DNA of 64,000 nt from assembly GCA_904063045.1 (NCBI GenBank), contig CAJFCJ010000002.1, positions 3,653,891-3,717,890 on the forward strand. The letters run 5' to 3'. Shown piece by piece: positions 41,262 through 52,295 of this stretch. The translations under genes and the position numbers were made by a program. This stretch comes from Dimorphilus gyrociliatus (lineage: Eukaryota > Animalia > Annelida). Positions within the stretch are counted from its first letter, which is position 1. Every line of letters starts with the position of its first letter. Under the pieces are notes generated by a model. The model searched no databases. It was not told where the DNA came from and was given only the letters and a program-made list of their open reading frames with translations.

Positions 41262-41465
41262 TCAATAAATCAGAAATTCACTTATTTTACTTGTTTTAAT
41301 AAGCAGAGTTATTTTTATACATAATTATATTTCGAAAATTTGATGCAAGTCAAGGCTCATCTGAAGTCAAACGAATTTTAAGTACCAGTTTACGAAATAT
41401 AAGTTCCAATTGAATATATCCTGCAGGACCGGTTGTAAAATTTTACTATGTTTTCATACAATCCT

Positions 41466-43269
41466 ATGTTAAAAGTAATAAAACAGCTACCCAGGCATAT
41501 TAAATACAATAAAAAGTTATACTCGAAGTAAGTTTAGCTATAATAACTTGAAAAAGTACACAATTATCGAAAGTTTACCGAGCGATAACACGTGTCTTCA
41601 GAAATTCGACCCACTGTAAAGTTCTTGGAATTGAGACTAGCTGCGATGACACAGGAATTGGAATAGTTAATGAAGATGGGGTCGTTCTGGGTGAAGGTCT
41701 ATATTCACAAACAAAAACACATGTTAAGTATGTAGTTATTATTTGCATTTTTTTATTTTAATTTTTAAAAATTCTAGTTTTGGTGGAATTATCCCACCTA
41801 TCGCCAGGGATTTACATCTTGAAAACTTTGATAAGGCCTTAAATACCGCTTTGCAATCGGCAAAATTAGAATTTAAGGTAGAAATAATAAAATCCCAATA
41901 GTTAAAGTGTCCAAACACACTTTTATTAATCACCCCTCTTTTAAGGATATAACTCATATTGCAACAACCGTTAAGCCTGGATTAGCACTCTCACTGGAAG
42001 TCGGTTTGAAAAAGACCAGAAATTTAGTTAATATTCATAGGTAACTATATCTTTATATATTTACAATCATGTCTTAAAGTCTAACTAATGTTGGAACCTT
42101 AAAAAGAAAACCTTTCATCCCTATTCATCATATGGAAGCTCATGCTTTAACTGCTAGATTGACTGAAAAGTTAGAAATAAAATATACGTAATATATAAAA
42201 GTGTTTAAATGAAACCTACATTTTTATCTCAGGGTTGACTTTCCATATTTGGTTCTGCTAATAAGTGGAGGCCATTGCCTATTGGCTGTTGCACAGAGTG
42301 TTAACAACTTTCTTTTACTTGGAAAAAGTATTGACAATGCCCCCGGAGACGTTATCGACAAAGTATGGAAAATATTATTTAAACAACCTACTTAATTTAC
42401 TGTACTTGAAAGATTGCTCGACGACTAAAAATTAACGGCATTACCGAATGTGACGGTCTTAATGGAGGCTCAGCCATTGAAAAATTAGCTAAACGTGGAG
42501 ATCCAAAATCGCTTGAACTTGTTCACTCCATGAGTCAATATAGGGATTGTAATTTTTCTTTCGCAGGTGTTCATTCAGTATTCATTAATAGGATAAAAAA
42601 ATACGAAAGAGATTATGGTCAGTTTATAGAATAAAATACATTTAGGACATTGTTAAATTATCGTTAAATATAAACAGATATTAAGGGAGGGCAAATTTTG
42701 CCTAATATATCAGATCTATGTGCAAACTTTCAGTATTCTATACTACACCAGTTTGCGAGAAGACTACAGCGAGCAATTTTATATTGTTTAACTTTAAAGT
42801 TAATTCAGGAAGGTGGAACGGTAGTTGTCTCTGGTGGAGTTGCTTCTAATAAATTCTTTAGAAATGGTATTGACAAAATAAGTAAACATTATGGATTGAA
42901 TACCGTATTTCCACCTACGAAATACTGCACCGATAATGGAGTTATGATTGCATGGTATGTATTTCGCTTCTCATTAATAATATTCATTATTCTAAGCAAA
43001 TAATTAAGCTAAAGAAAGTTGCTATAAGTCAATTTGAATAAGTCATTTTTTATGATTAAAAAAAGGAATGGAGTGGAGAAAGTTAGAGAAAATATCGATA
43101 TATTGAATAATGCCGATGAAGTTGACTTTGAGCCAAAGTTTGTTAATTTTTTTTAAATTTTTTCAAATATTTACAAACTGTTCCTGTTTTTAGAAGTCAC
43201 TTCGGAATAGATGTTAGCAATGATATTAAAAATTACGATATAAAAGTCCCAGGAGTCAAATTTTTGTAG
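41466..43269 (+). CDS. OSGEPL1: Mitochondrial tRNA N6-threonylcarbamoyladenosine synthase (Kae1/TsaD/Qri7 family), 401 aa
   Basis: Ten exons: 41466-41527, 41602-41727, 41778-41877, 41946-42040, 42107-42169, 42233-42362, 42413-42617, 42678-42954, 43066-43137, 43194-43269. Motifs VLGIETSCDDTG, GGIIPP, TVKPGL, PIHHMEAHAL, LLISGGH, DNAPGD, FSFAG, SGGVASN, CTDNGVMIAW. Basic N-terminal presequence. Confidence 0.93.
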
Positions 43270-43634
43270 GAGTTTAAATACAATTTACTGTATTTTTTGT
43301 ACATATAAGAAATAAAGTCAAAATGATCAGATTACTTTTATCATTGTGCATTTCTTTTTAGGTAAAAAGCTTTAAAGTGTTGTGTCAATTTCAACACCAG
43401 AGAGTCTTTAAGAACCTTGAATATTTACAATCCAATCTTTCCTAGCGGACAGATTTTAACAATGGCTATTCAATTCACACAACTAATGTGTAATTTTTCA
43501 AGATAAATCTCATTTGAGAGCCAGCAGATTATCTTTATGCTACGACGTTGTCGTGATTGTCAAATATCCAATCGCGAGATTTAGAAAGTAGTCGTGATAG
43601 CTATACAGTAGAAATACTTTCTTTTAGATCCTGC

Positions 43635-44618
43635 TTAAACATTATTTTCCTGCTCTTCATCTTGTATATCTTCGTTGTCCATAGCCATTTTATTCCGTAA
43701 ATCAGATTCAACCTTAACAATCTGCTCGAATGCCTTAATCTCTCTTACGCTGAGCCCAGACAACAACGCAAATTCATATTCACTACAGCATAAAATTTTT
43801 TTTAACGAAGGCTGATCTGAAATACCTTTACTTTGCTTTCCTGGCTTCTGCCAAACTCCCGATCGAATTAGCAATAAATGTCTAAATTTTATATGCATCA
43901 ACGAATGTCTGAACAATTCTGCTTGAACAATTTGCTTCTGATCAAAGTTCATCTCAAATAGAATATAGTCAATCTTTTCTACAATTGATTCCCAATCATC
44001 AAAGAGAATTTGAGGACAAGATCGTGTCAAGCTTCTAATATGATTTTTCTTGAAATATTTTAAAAGATTGCTAAATCGTAATTCAAGATCTTCAGCCTTT
44101 AGGTCTATCAGTTCAGGAGTGTCAACAATGACAGACGGAATCATAAAATCTTTAAAGTCAAATTTTAACCTCAAAATGTTAATTGTTTTAATAATATTTT
44201 CCTTTTTTCCCTCCAGAAGTTCAGGGAAATTAATCAACATTTTCAAGATAAGGTCATCACGAAAACCATACGACGAAAGGAAGTTAATAGCATCTCTCAA
44301 AGATGATGAATTATGTTGAAAAATATGTAAACCATTCATGAAATAGTCAATACAAAAGTCTTCTTTAAGTCCATTTTGACAAAGAATACTCGTTATAGTT
44401 CGTAAATAATCTTGATTTAGAAACTTTATCTTATTTCTTAGTTCACTATTCATTTTAGCTAATACTTTGTCGGTTTCAGTTTTTTTGAGGTTGTTAGTCT
44501 CATTTGTAAACTTTTGACTTGATAAATGGAGGTTGCAAGGAGAGTTTCTATTATACTTTAGGTGAGATAAACGTGTGAGTAAACAATTTCTACTAAATCG
44601 TATTAGAATCCTATGCAT
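43635..44618 (-). CDS. MTERF4: Mitochondrial transcription termination factor family protein, MTERF4-like, intronless, 327 aa
   Basis: Single ORF with a basic amphipathic N-terminus and mTERF-type Leu/Pro repeats (NFPELL, DTPELI, SCPQIL). C-terminal FRHLLLIRSGVWQKP..QPSLKKILCCSEYEF resembles the MTERF4 C-terminus; acidic tail. Confidence 0.8.
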   Translation of the reverse strand: MHRILIRFSRNCLLTRLSHLKYNRNSPCNLHLSSQKFTNETNNLKKTETDKVLAKMNSELRNKIKFLNQDYLRTITSILCQNGLKEDFCIDYFMNGLHIFQHNSSSLRDAINFLSSYGFRDDLILKMLINFPELLEGKKENIIKTINILRLKFDFKDFMIPSVIVDTPELIDLKAEDLELRFSNLLKYFKKNHIRSLTRSCPQILFDDWESIVEKIDYILFEMNFDQKQIVQAELFRHSLMHIKFRHLLLIRSGVWQKPGKQSKGISDQPSLKKILCCSEYEFALLSGLSVREIKAFEQIVKVESDLRNKMAMDNEDIQDEEQENNV

Positions 44619-45240
44619 TTTGGCAAGAAATTTATCAAATTTCTCAACTCAAAATAAACTCTTGTAGCGATAATGCAATTTCACGTGCGATAGTAATATT
44701 TTGTCAACTGATACCAGTTATCTCTATAAATAAGATCAATTTTGAAAAAGAAAAAGTTACAAAATTTCCTGGAAAATAAAATTCTCTTGGCTTAAAAGAC
44801 AAAAAATGTCTTCTTTGTGTCAAATTTTTTTCTACCCACTCTCTATCTTTCAAACTCTAAATAGCAATGAACACATGCATTCTTTCTTTAGTACTATAAA
44901 AAAAGTATTATTGTTTGCATCCTTTATGTCAACTTCTATACAAAGTTGGCAAAAAGCTCTCTTTCATTTGCCTAAGTATATTGAAATTTTTAAGAATTGA
45001 CATAGGAATAATTTTACCAAATTTACCATATCTTTTAAGAGCATGGCAAAAATCTTATAGAAAAAGTTATTTCTTTTAGGACATAAAAAAGAGAAATAAA
45101 ATAAGATAAATAAAGTAGGAATATACATTATATGTTTACAAATATACTTTTCATTTAATGTTTTAGCGTAAGTGTTAATGAATGTTTCACATCTGATATG
45201 TTCAAAGGTAGGCTATATGCACTTATCGGGCAATAGAACT

Positions 45241-45256
45241 TTAATCACGTGATTAA
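45241..45256. promoter_or_regulatory. Perfect 16-bp palindrome TTAATCACGTGATTAA (E-box core) in the divergent MTERF4/HOOK promoter
   Basis: Read directly. A YY1-like GCCGCCATTTT follows at 45319-45329, and a second CACGTG lies at 44682-44687 upstream of the MTERF4 ATG. Confidence 0.55.
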
Positions 45257-45441
45257 TAGTAAACTTTCAGATTCTTGTTGCGATACAGTGGAGTAATGGC
45301 GAGCGCTCCGAGTAATACGCCGCCATTTTTTATTTGTTTAAAAGCTAACTCTGAATACGAATTGTAAGGGGCGTCCGAAAATATGAAAAGAGGCTAATAA
45401 CAGACTGATATATTTGCCTTTTTTTTTACGAAATCCGGAAA

Positions 45442-48400
45442 ATGGCTGAAGAAAATCGCATGTGCAACAGTTTGTTAACTTGGGTAAGCGATCAAATCAA
45501 TTCTAGATATAACAATAGTATTTTAATAGTTATTCTAAGCCAAAAACGATGGAACATTTTCCGTTTTTGTAATAATATTTGGATTTTTTCGTAAGCTGCA
45601 AGGTATCGCTTACATATTGTAAGCAAATACGTAATATTTAATAGTGACGAAACTTAATGATTAGGACGTTAAGTCTGCTTGCAAACGAAACAAATATTGT
45701 AATCAGAATTATTAACTTTATTCAAACTAGAAATGACAAAAAAACTAATCTATTAATGATATCGCTATAGCAGTCTCAACAAACTTTTTGTTTATAAAGG
45801 CTGCCAATTAGTTAGTTAAATTTGTATAAGATATTTACCCAAGCGATTCATCATTTAAAAATGTTACTTTCATACCCAAAATATTAACAGATGAAAACGT
45901 TTAACGTTCGCCAATGTGATTCTATTGAAGAACTAACAAATGGAGTCGCAATGTCACAAGCTCTTTATCAAATGTAAGTACTTTTTTTGTCACAGTTTTG
46001 AATGTTCTAATATAATTTTTAAAACTTGAAGCGCCCCTGAATTCTTTAACCATGCATGGCTCTCCAAAATCAAACCTGATGCAACTAACTGGGGCCTGAG
46101 AGCTAACAATCTTAGAAAAGTCTATCAAGGAATTAAAGATTATTTTGAGGTAAATATAACTGACTTATATCAACAATTTTTAGTAAATACTACTGTCTCA
46201 TTCCCAGATGAATGACGATGACATGAACAGCACCGGAGATATAGATGTTAATTCTCTTGGTAAGAGGATCAAATTGCTTTTAACAATATGTTTTGTTCTA
46301 ATTTAATGCGTATTATTTTAACGATTATTAACAATTTGTGTATATGTTTTCAGCTAAGGAATGTAATGTTGAATCTTTGATTGGATTTTTGCAATTGATT
46401 TTATACTGTGCAGTAAACTGCGATCAGAAGGAAGAGTATGTAGGTAGAATAATGAAATTGGAGGAAAATGTGCAGCATGATGTCATGAAAGCATTGCAAG
46501 ATGTTAGTAAAACAGTTGCTTGAAGCTAACAGAACAGAAATAATATTTATGTTTTCGCAGTTAAATGCCAAGGCTGAAGCAGCAAAACCACAAGATGCTG
46601 ATTCTAATGACAAAATAAAAAAAGAAATTGAATATTTAAAGTCACGTCTGGCGGAGTATGAAACAAAATGCAGAAAACTTGATACTCAAGTAAATCAATA
46701 TTTTTACAAAAAGCATTTAATTCTCATTCTGTGAAATCCAGGTAACAGAACTGCAGGAAGATAAACGTAGTTTAGAAGATGAGTTGTCAAGTGTTAAGGA
46801 TAGATTCAACAAAACCCCTAATTGGGAGGATCCTTCGTAAGTTTTTATAAAATATATTCTTTATTTTGTCACATGTTCTTTTTTAACATTACATATATAG
46901 GAGTCCAGCCAATATGAAAATTAGGACTCTGCAGAATCAAGTAGAAAAATTAGAGGAAGATGCTTTCAAATTCGAAATGCAGAGAGACGAATTTAAAACA
47001 AAAAGTGAAACCCTAGAGAAGCAATTGAGTGAGAAAGTTGAAAAACTAAATATCTTGACTGATGAAACTTTACGAATGAAAGACGAATTAGATATCTTAA
47101 GAAATAATCAGCATAAAATGGTTTGTCGTTAGACTTTAATGTATTTTTCAGACTCTTATTGTCTGGCTTTCTTTATAGGCCAAGTATGAAGCATCCATTG
47201 AAAGCTACAAGAATAAATTAAGTAGGTCGAAAGATAATTTTGTTCATTCTTATTTAACAGTTGCAAATTTTCAGAGGAATTAAGCGATTTAAAGAATCAG
47301 AATAAGGAATTAGAAGAAAAGAATGCTGATTATATGGAAAATAGCTTAGAATTGGAGAATGTTAGTATATCCTTCAACTACTAATATTGTTCTCTTTTAA
47401 TTTAAATATCTCTATAGGAGTTGCGAAAAGCTCAAAGTTATAAGAATCAGCTTGAAGGATATAAAACTCAGGTTCATGACATTCAAACAAAAATAATAGA
47501 CGAAACAAAACGAGCTGATAAGGCTGAATTTGAATTAAAAAGAGTATCTGAAAGAATAAACTTAGTTTCTAATGAAAGAGATGTATGTATATGTTTATAA
47601 TTACAAAATACTGAAGAATCACTCTATTCTTATATCCTTTAGCGTCTTAAATCAGAAAGAGATTCACTAAAGGAAACAATTGAAGAACTGAACTGTGCTC
47701 AAGTACAACAAAGTATGTCAACTTGTTATACAACGCTTACTTATACGTGCTTTACGTATACTATCGTACTAATATACTTCATTCTCTTTTATTCTATACT
47801 GCACGCTTTAGTGTTTCTTTCATTTCTTTTTCCTATAATTTGCAGCTGTCTTGTCTCAAAATCCCCCACCAGATAATTTAAGTCACATATCACAAATATC
47901 CAACTCTGATTCTTTCTGTCATGGTTTGTAGTATTAGTTTTACTTACTATTAGTCAACTAAAAAGGCCATTATTGAGCTTTAACAGAAAAAACCATTACT
48001 GCCTGTTTTATAATTAAGGATAACAAATTTTGCTTATTAACATAGGCCTCTATTTGCTCGCTGTAGTTGCTTTTTTTTTTTATTTCTATTATATGTATAT
48101 CTTATGAGGCAAAATTTCAATTTAACAGATTCTGGGAATCAAGACTCTATTATGGATCCAAATTCAGATTTACCTTTGGTTGGTTTACCATTAGCAATTA
48201 AGTAAGTGTAATACAACTTGTTTTGCGTTAAATAGAAACAATGTTCTCTGCTGCGACATAATTTTCAATTAAAAGAGCCTTTACTAGGATCTAATTTAAA
48301 CATAGTACAGCCTATTCTTCAAACTTTATCTAAGACGCCAAGTCTATTATTGTTAAGTCTAGACGAAATATGTTGTCAACGACACCATGTAAGAACCCTT

Positions 48401-49622
48401 TGACGATAAATATATAAGCACACTAGTATATAATGTATATATAATTATTTCAACCATCTCGAAACTAGAAAATTTTCTTCAGCTTTTGACAAATGTAATG
48501 AAAAGTTCAATATTATATATTCTAGTTCGTAAAATTATTTTTTGAATTAAATAATGCAGGGATTTCTACGTGTTTGACAAGTCATTTTTTATTTCAGAGA
48601 GCGCCTGCGTCGGCTTGAGCAGGAGAATAAAATGCTAAAAGTAAGCGTAAAAGAAGGCGAAGAGAAAGAGCTTATCGCCTCCCAGTTAGAAGATGCAAAT
48701 AAACGCGTTAATGAATTAGAGAATGATGTCAGAACAGCAAATAAAACAATATGTGAGTTGCAATGTGAAGTGAATGATATGAAATATGCTCAGGAGAGAG
48801 AAACAACACATAGTGATAAAGATTTCTCTGTTTTGAAAAACGAGCTTAAATCAGAAAGAACCAAGTATGCTTCTCTTATAACATATTACGCAACATTCTT
48901 AATAATAATTTATTTCCAGGAACAAAGATTTAAATGAAAAAATTACTGAACTTCAATCTAAAATAGAGGAAAGAGAAAGCGAAGTGACTGCTAAACCAGA
49001 GGAAGTTCAAAGCCTTAAAGATGTTGTTCAAGACCAGCAGGCCCAAATACAAAGTATGGAAAGTCGATATCAAATGTATCTGGAAAAGTGTAGAAATGTT
49101 AGTTACGCTCTCTTATTATTTTTTTTTATCATATAAGTTGCTTTTTTCTTTTTAGTACATCATACAAATCGATGGAAAAAATAGGCCACAGAACAACGAA
49201 GTTGCTTTACTAAAAAAGCAACTTGAAGAAAAGAATAAACTTATTGAATTTATTGAGGTATTTCATATAAATTTTTGATTAGATAATATTTCAGAAATCT
49301 TTAATTTTTTAAAATATACAGAAGGGAAATGAGAAAAATAGAGAAGTAAGGGAATTCGAGGAAAAAGCAGTAGCCAGTGCATGGTATAATTTGGTAATAC
49401 AATCTTATTAAATTCTCGTAAATCATTAAAAAAAATTATCTTATTGTAGCATAGTCATATGTAATATTTGTTAAATACTATCTTTTTAAACAGTCATTGC
49501 AGCTTCACAAAGAAACTGCAACAGAGCGCTTATCTAATGCAGTAATAGGACAATCATTTCTGGCTCGTCAACGAAATACTTGCACCAGAAAATCTCTCCA
49601 GTCTTTGCAGAACCCCAGATAA
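45442..49622 (+). CDS. HOOK: Hook microtubule-tethering / dynein adaptor protein, about 716 aa
   Basis: 19 exons: 45442-45483, 45891-45973, 46032-46149, 46208-46259, 46354-46502, 46561-46689, 46742-46836, 46901-47120, 47179-47221, 47275-47360, 47418-47582, 47643-47712, 47846-47923, 48129-48201, 48598-48864, 48920-49097, 49156-49257, 49322-49393, 49494-49622. Hook domain (SLLTW..TF, ELTNGVAM, LQLILYCAVNC, MKLEENVQH), coiled coil (ERDSLKETIEEL.C) and C-terminal ASAWYN..GQSFLARQR. Confidence 0.92.
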
Positions 49623-50118
49623 AACAATAAACCATGACATTTCTGAAGATTTTGATTATTTTTGATTGTTTTAACGTTGAGTGATTTTAATGCAGTGTTA
49701 TACTATGGTTAACCGGAGTGTATTCTTGTAGCTATTACAATCGACTAGTCATGCCATTTTTATATTTATTAAATATCGTTCGTTTCAAAATCTACTCTTG
49801 TTTATTATTACACCTGAAAAAATGACAAGTAAAGCTACTGTTTTTAATTGAAATTTAAAATAATATAAGTTCTCACTCAAGTTATTCTGTGTATGATTTC
49901 ATATTTTTTCTAGTCATTATTAAGAGAAATTTCCAAAAAGACAAAAAAATTATTTTAAAATAGAAAATACTTTGTTGGAATTAAAACGCTTCGTAAGCTA
50001 CAGGTAACACTTTGCGAGATGAAACTTTCTAGGCTTAAAATATCTTGGACATGATAAATGATTAGAACACTTTTTACGAAGACGACGTCGCAACCGGACT
50101 CGGAAATTCGAATCGAAA

Positions 50119-50826
50119 ATGGCGGCCGCTGCCTCACCAGAGCATGTTTTTTTCAGCCCAACGTGCACACATGCTGATCGACAAAGGTAGTTTCTTAACC
50201 AACTCTATTTATATAAATTTAATCGTCTTAAGTCTATAAGTTTAAGCGTTGTCTATAAATTTAACATCACAACAGATGGATTTGCATTTATCCAACGTAC
50301 ATAAACTCAAAGAGAACGTTGGCAGAAGGCAGGAAAATCAGTAAAGATAAATGTGTAGACAACCCTCTGTATTCAGAAATCAAAGATGTCTGTTCAACAT
50401 TAGGTAAGAAAATTAATTATTCCTAAAAAAAAATGTTTTTCAAGAAAATTCCACAAGATCTCAGTGAAATTGATCACTTTCATTGGTAAATCATTAATAC
50501 TCCCAAATTATAACCTATCACTCATCACTATACAATTAAACATATAAAATTAATAAATATTATTTCTAGGCCTGCCAATGGGAGTGGAAAATAAGGTCCA
50601 TCCAAGAGAGAGAGATGTTAAAGATCCAAAATTTATCGGACGAATTCGAGTTCAACTAAAAAATAACGATGGAACTCCGCTAAAAGAAGAGTTCAAAACT
50701 AGAGAAGATTTATATTTATATGTAGCCAGCAAAATTCCTCTCTTGAAAGGTAGAGCCTCAGGATCATCTCAAAATCAACAAGCTCAACCTAGTAATAAGA
50801 AAAATAAAAATAAAAAAAAGAAATAA
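50119..50826 (+). CDS. SRP19: Signal recognition particle 19 kDa protein, 150 aa
   Basis: Exons 50119-50186, 50276-50403, 50570-50826. WICIYPTYINSKRTLAEGRKI, NP..SEIKDVC, GRIRVQLK, lysine-rich C-terminus. Confidence 0.95.
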
Positions 50827-51258
50827 AGAAAGAATAAAGAAAATTCTTACAAATTGTTAGACTTTACTGATAAAATAAAAGTGTAACACTATTGAAATAT
50901 TAAATATATGTATGGCAATTATTTTTTGACAAATATAAAGAATATAAACTATTGCTTGATTCAAGAATTCCATAAAGTTATTAAAGTTAAAAGACCCAAG
51001 ATTTGTTTTGGTTATTACTAAAATATGTACAACACTGATTAGAAATATATATGTAGCTTTCAATAATTATCTTAGCAAATAAATACGTTATTTCTGTGTT
51101 TTATTAATAATGACTATTTAATATCAACAAATTTATTACCAGTGTAATAAAGTATCTTGTTTTTCTTATTTTCGGTTTCAGACATATTTTAGCATAACCG
51201 TTTTGCAGTCTACACCGGCAGCCGCTTATTCTTACACATCTTCTTGAAAATTGTAGCT

Positions 51259-52055
51259 ATGACTGATCCAGTAGGACTAACTGATGAGGAAGTTAACAAA
51301 TTTTGCTCCGAACCTGATTCTAGCACGAAGGTTTTTACAAGAAACCCTTATTTAATAGCTAAAAATTTCTGTAATTGGCAATGATAAGATAAATTAGGTT
51401 AAATTTTACATCTAGTTGCTTTTATTTTCAGGATTTTTTCTTTCAACAAACGATGTTGAGAATTAAGGATCCTAGAAAATCATTGGATTTTTATACAAGG
51501 ATACTTGGTATGAGGTAACAAAAGAAAAATTTCGATTTAATTATCTAAATACGGAAGCATTTCAATCGATTAGACTGCTGCAAAAGTTCGATTTTCCTGC
51601 CATGAAATTTTCCTTATATTTTATGGCTTACGAATCAGCGGAAAATATTCCAACAGATAATATTGAAAGGCTGAGAAAAACGTTCTCTACTAAAGCTACC
51701 CTTGAATTAACACAGTCAGTATTTTAACAACATAGACTAAGTCTTCCTTAAATCCAATTTAAACGGTATATTAGTTACTTTTCTGTTTAATGACAGTAAC
51801 TGGGGTACTGAAGATGAAGAAGATCCGGTTTATCACAATGGTAATTCGGAACCAAGAGGTTTTGGACATATTGGAATAGTTGTACCAGATGTTGAAACTG
51901 CTAGCGAACGCTTTGAAAAACTTGGCGTAGAATTTGTTAAGAAACCGAATGACGGTAAAATGAAGGGATTAGCATTCATTAAGGATCCGGATGGATATTG
52001 GATTGAAGTGTTAAGCCCAGCCAATATGGTTGGCATAGCAAAGCCTAATGAATAA
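51259..52055 (+). CDS. GLO1: Lactoylglutathione lyase (glyoxalase I), 184 aa
   Basis: Exons 51259-51330, 51432-51514, 51574-51714, 51797-52055. [49 protein letters not shown]; all four metal ligands (Q, E, H, E) present. Confidence 0.96.
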
Positions 52056-52295
52056 TATTACACCAATGAAAATATATTCGTTTATCCGTTCACAAAACAC
52101 ACTTAGTAATAAAAAATAATAATCAACAGTAACGTAGTTGCATTGTAAATTCGGAAGACGTACAGGCAAATATAGGACTATCACTCTGACATTCCAGAGC
52201 TACTTTTTTGCTGGAGTCGTGGTCACCAGGAACTGTTCAATAGCAAATGATTTAGATTTTCTTAGTTGTTGTAGAGACCTCTTCGAAACACGATT

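Noticed and set aside
48306-48403. Open frame QPILQTLSKTPSLLLLSLDEICCQRHHVRTL* in a HOOK intron as an alternative exon
   Set aside because: Its donor phase (0) is incompatible with the next exon (phase 2). It would work only as a truncating terminal exon, with no supporting homology.
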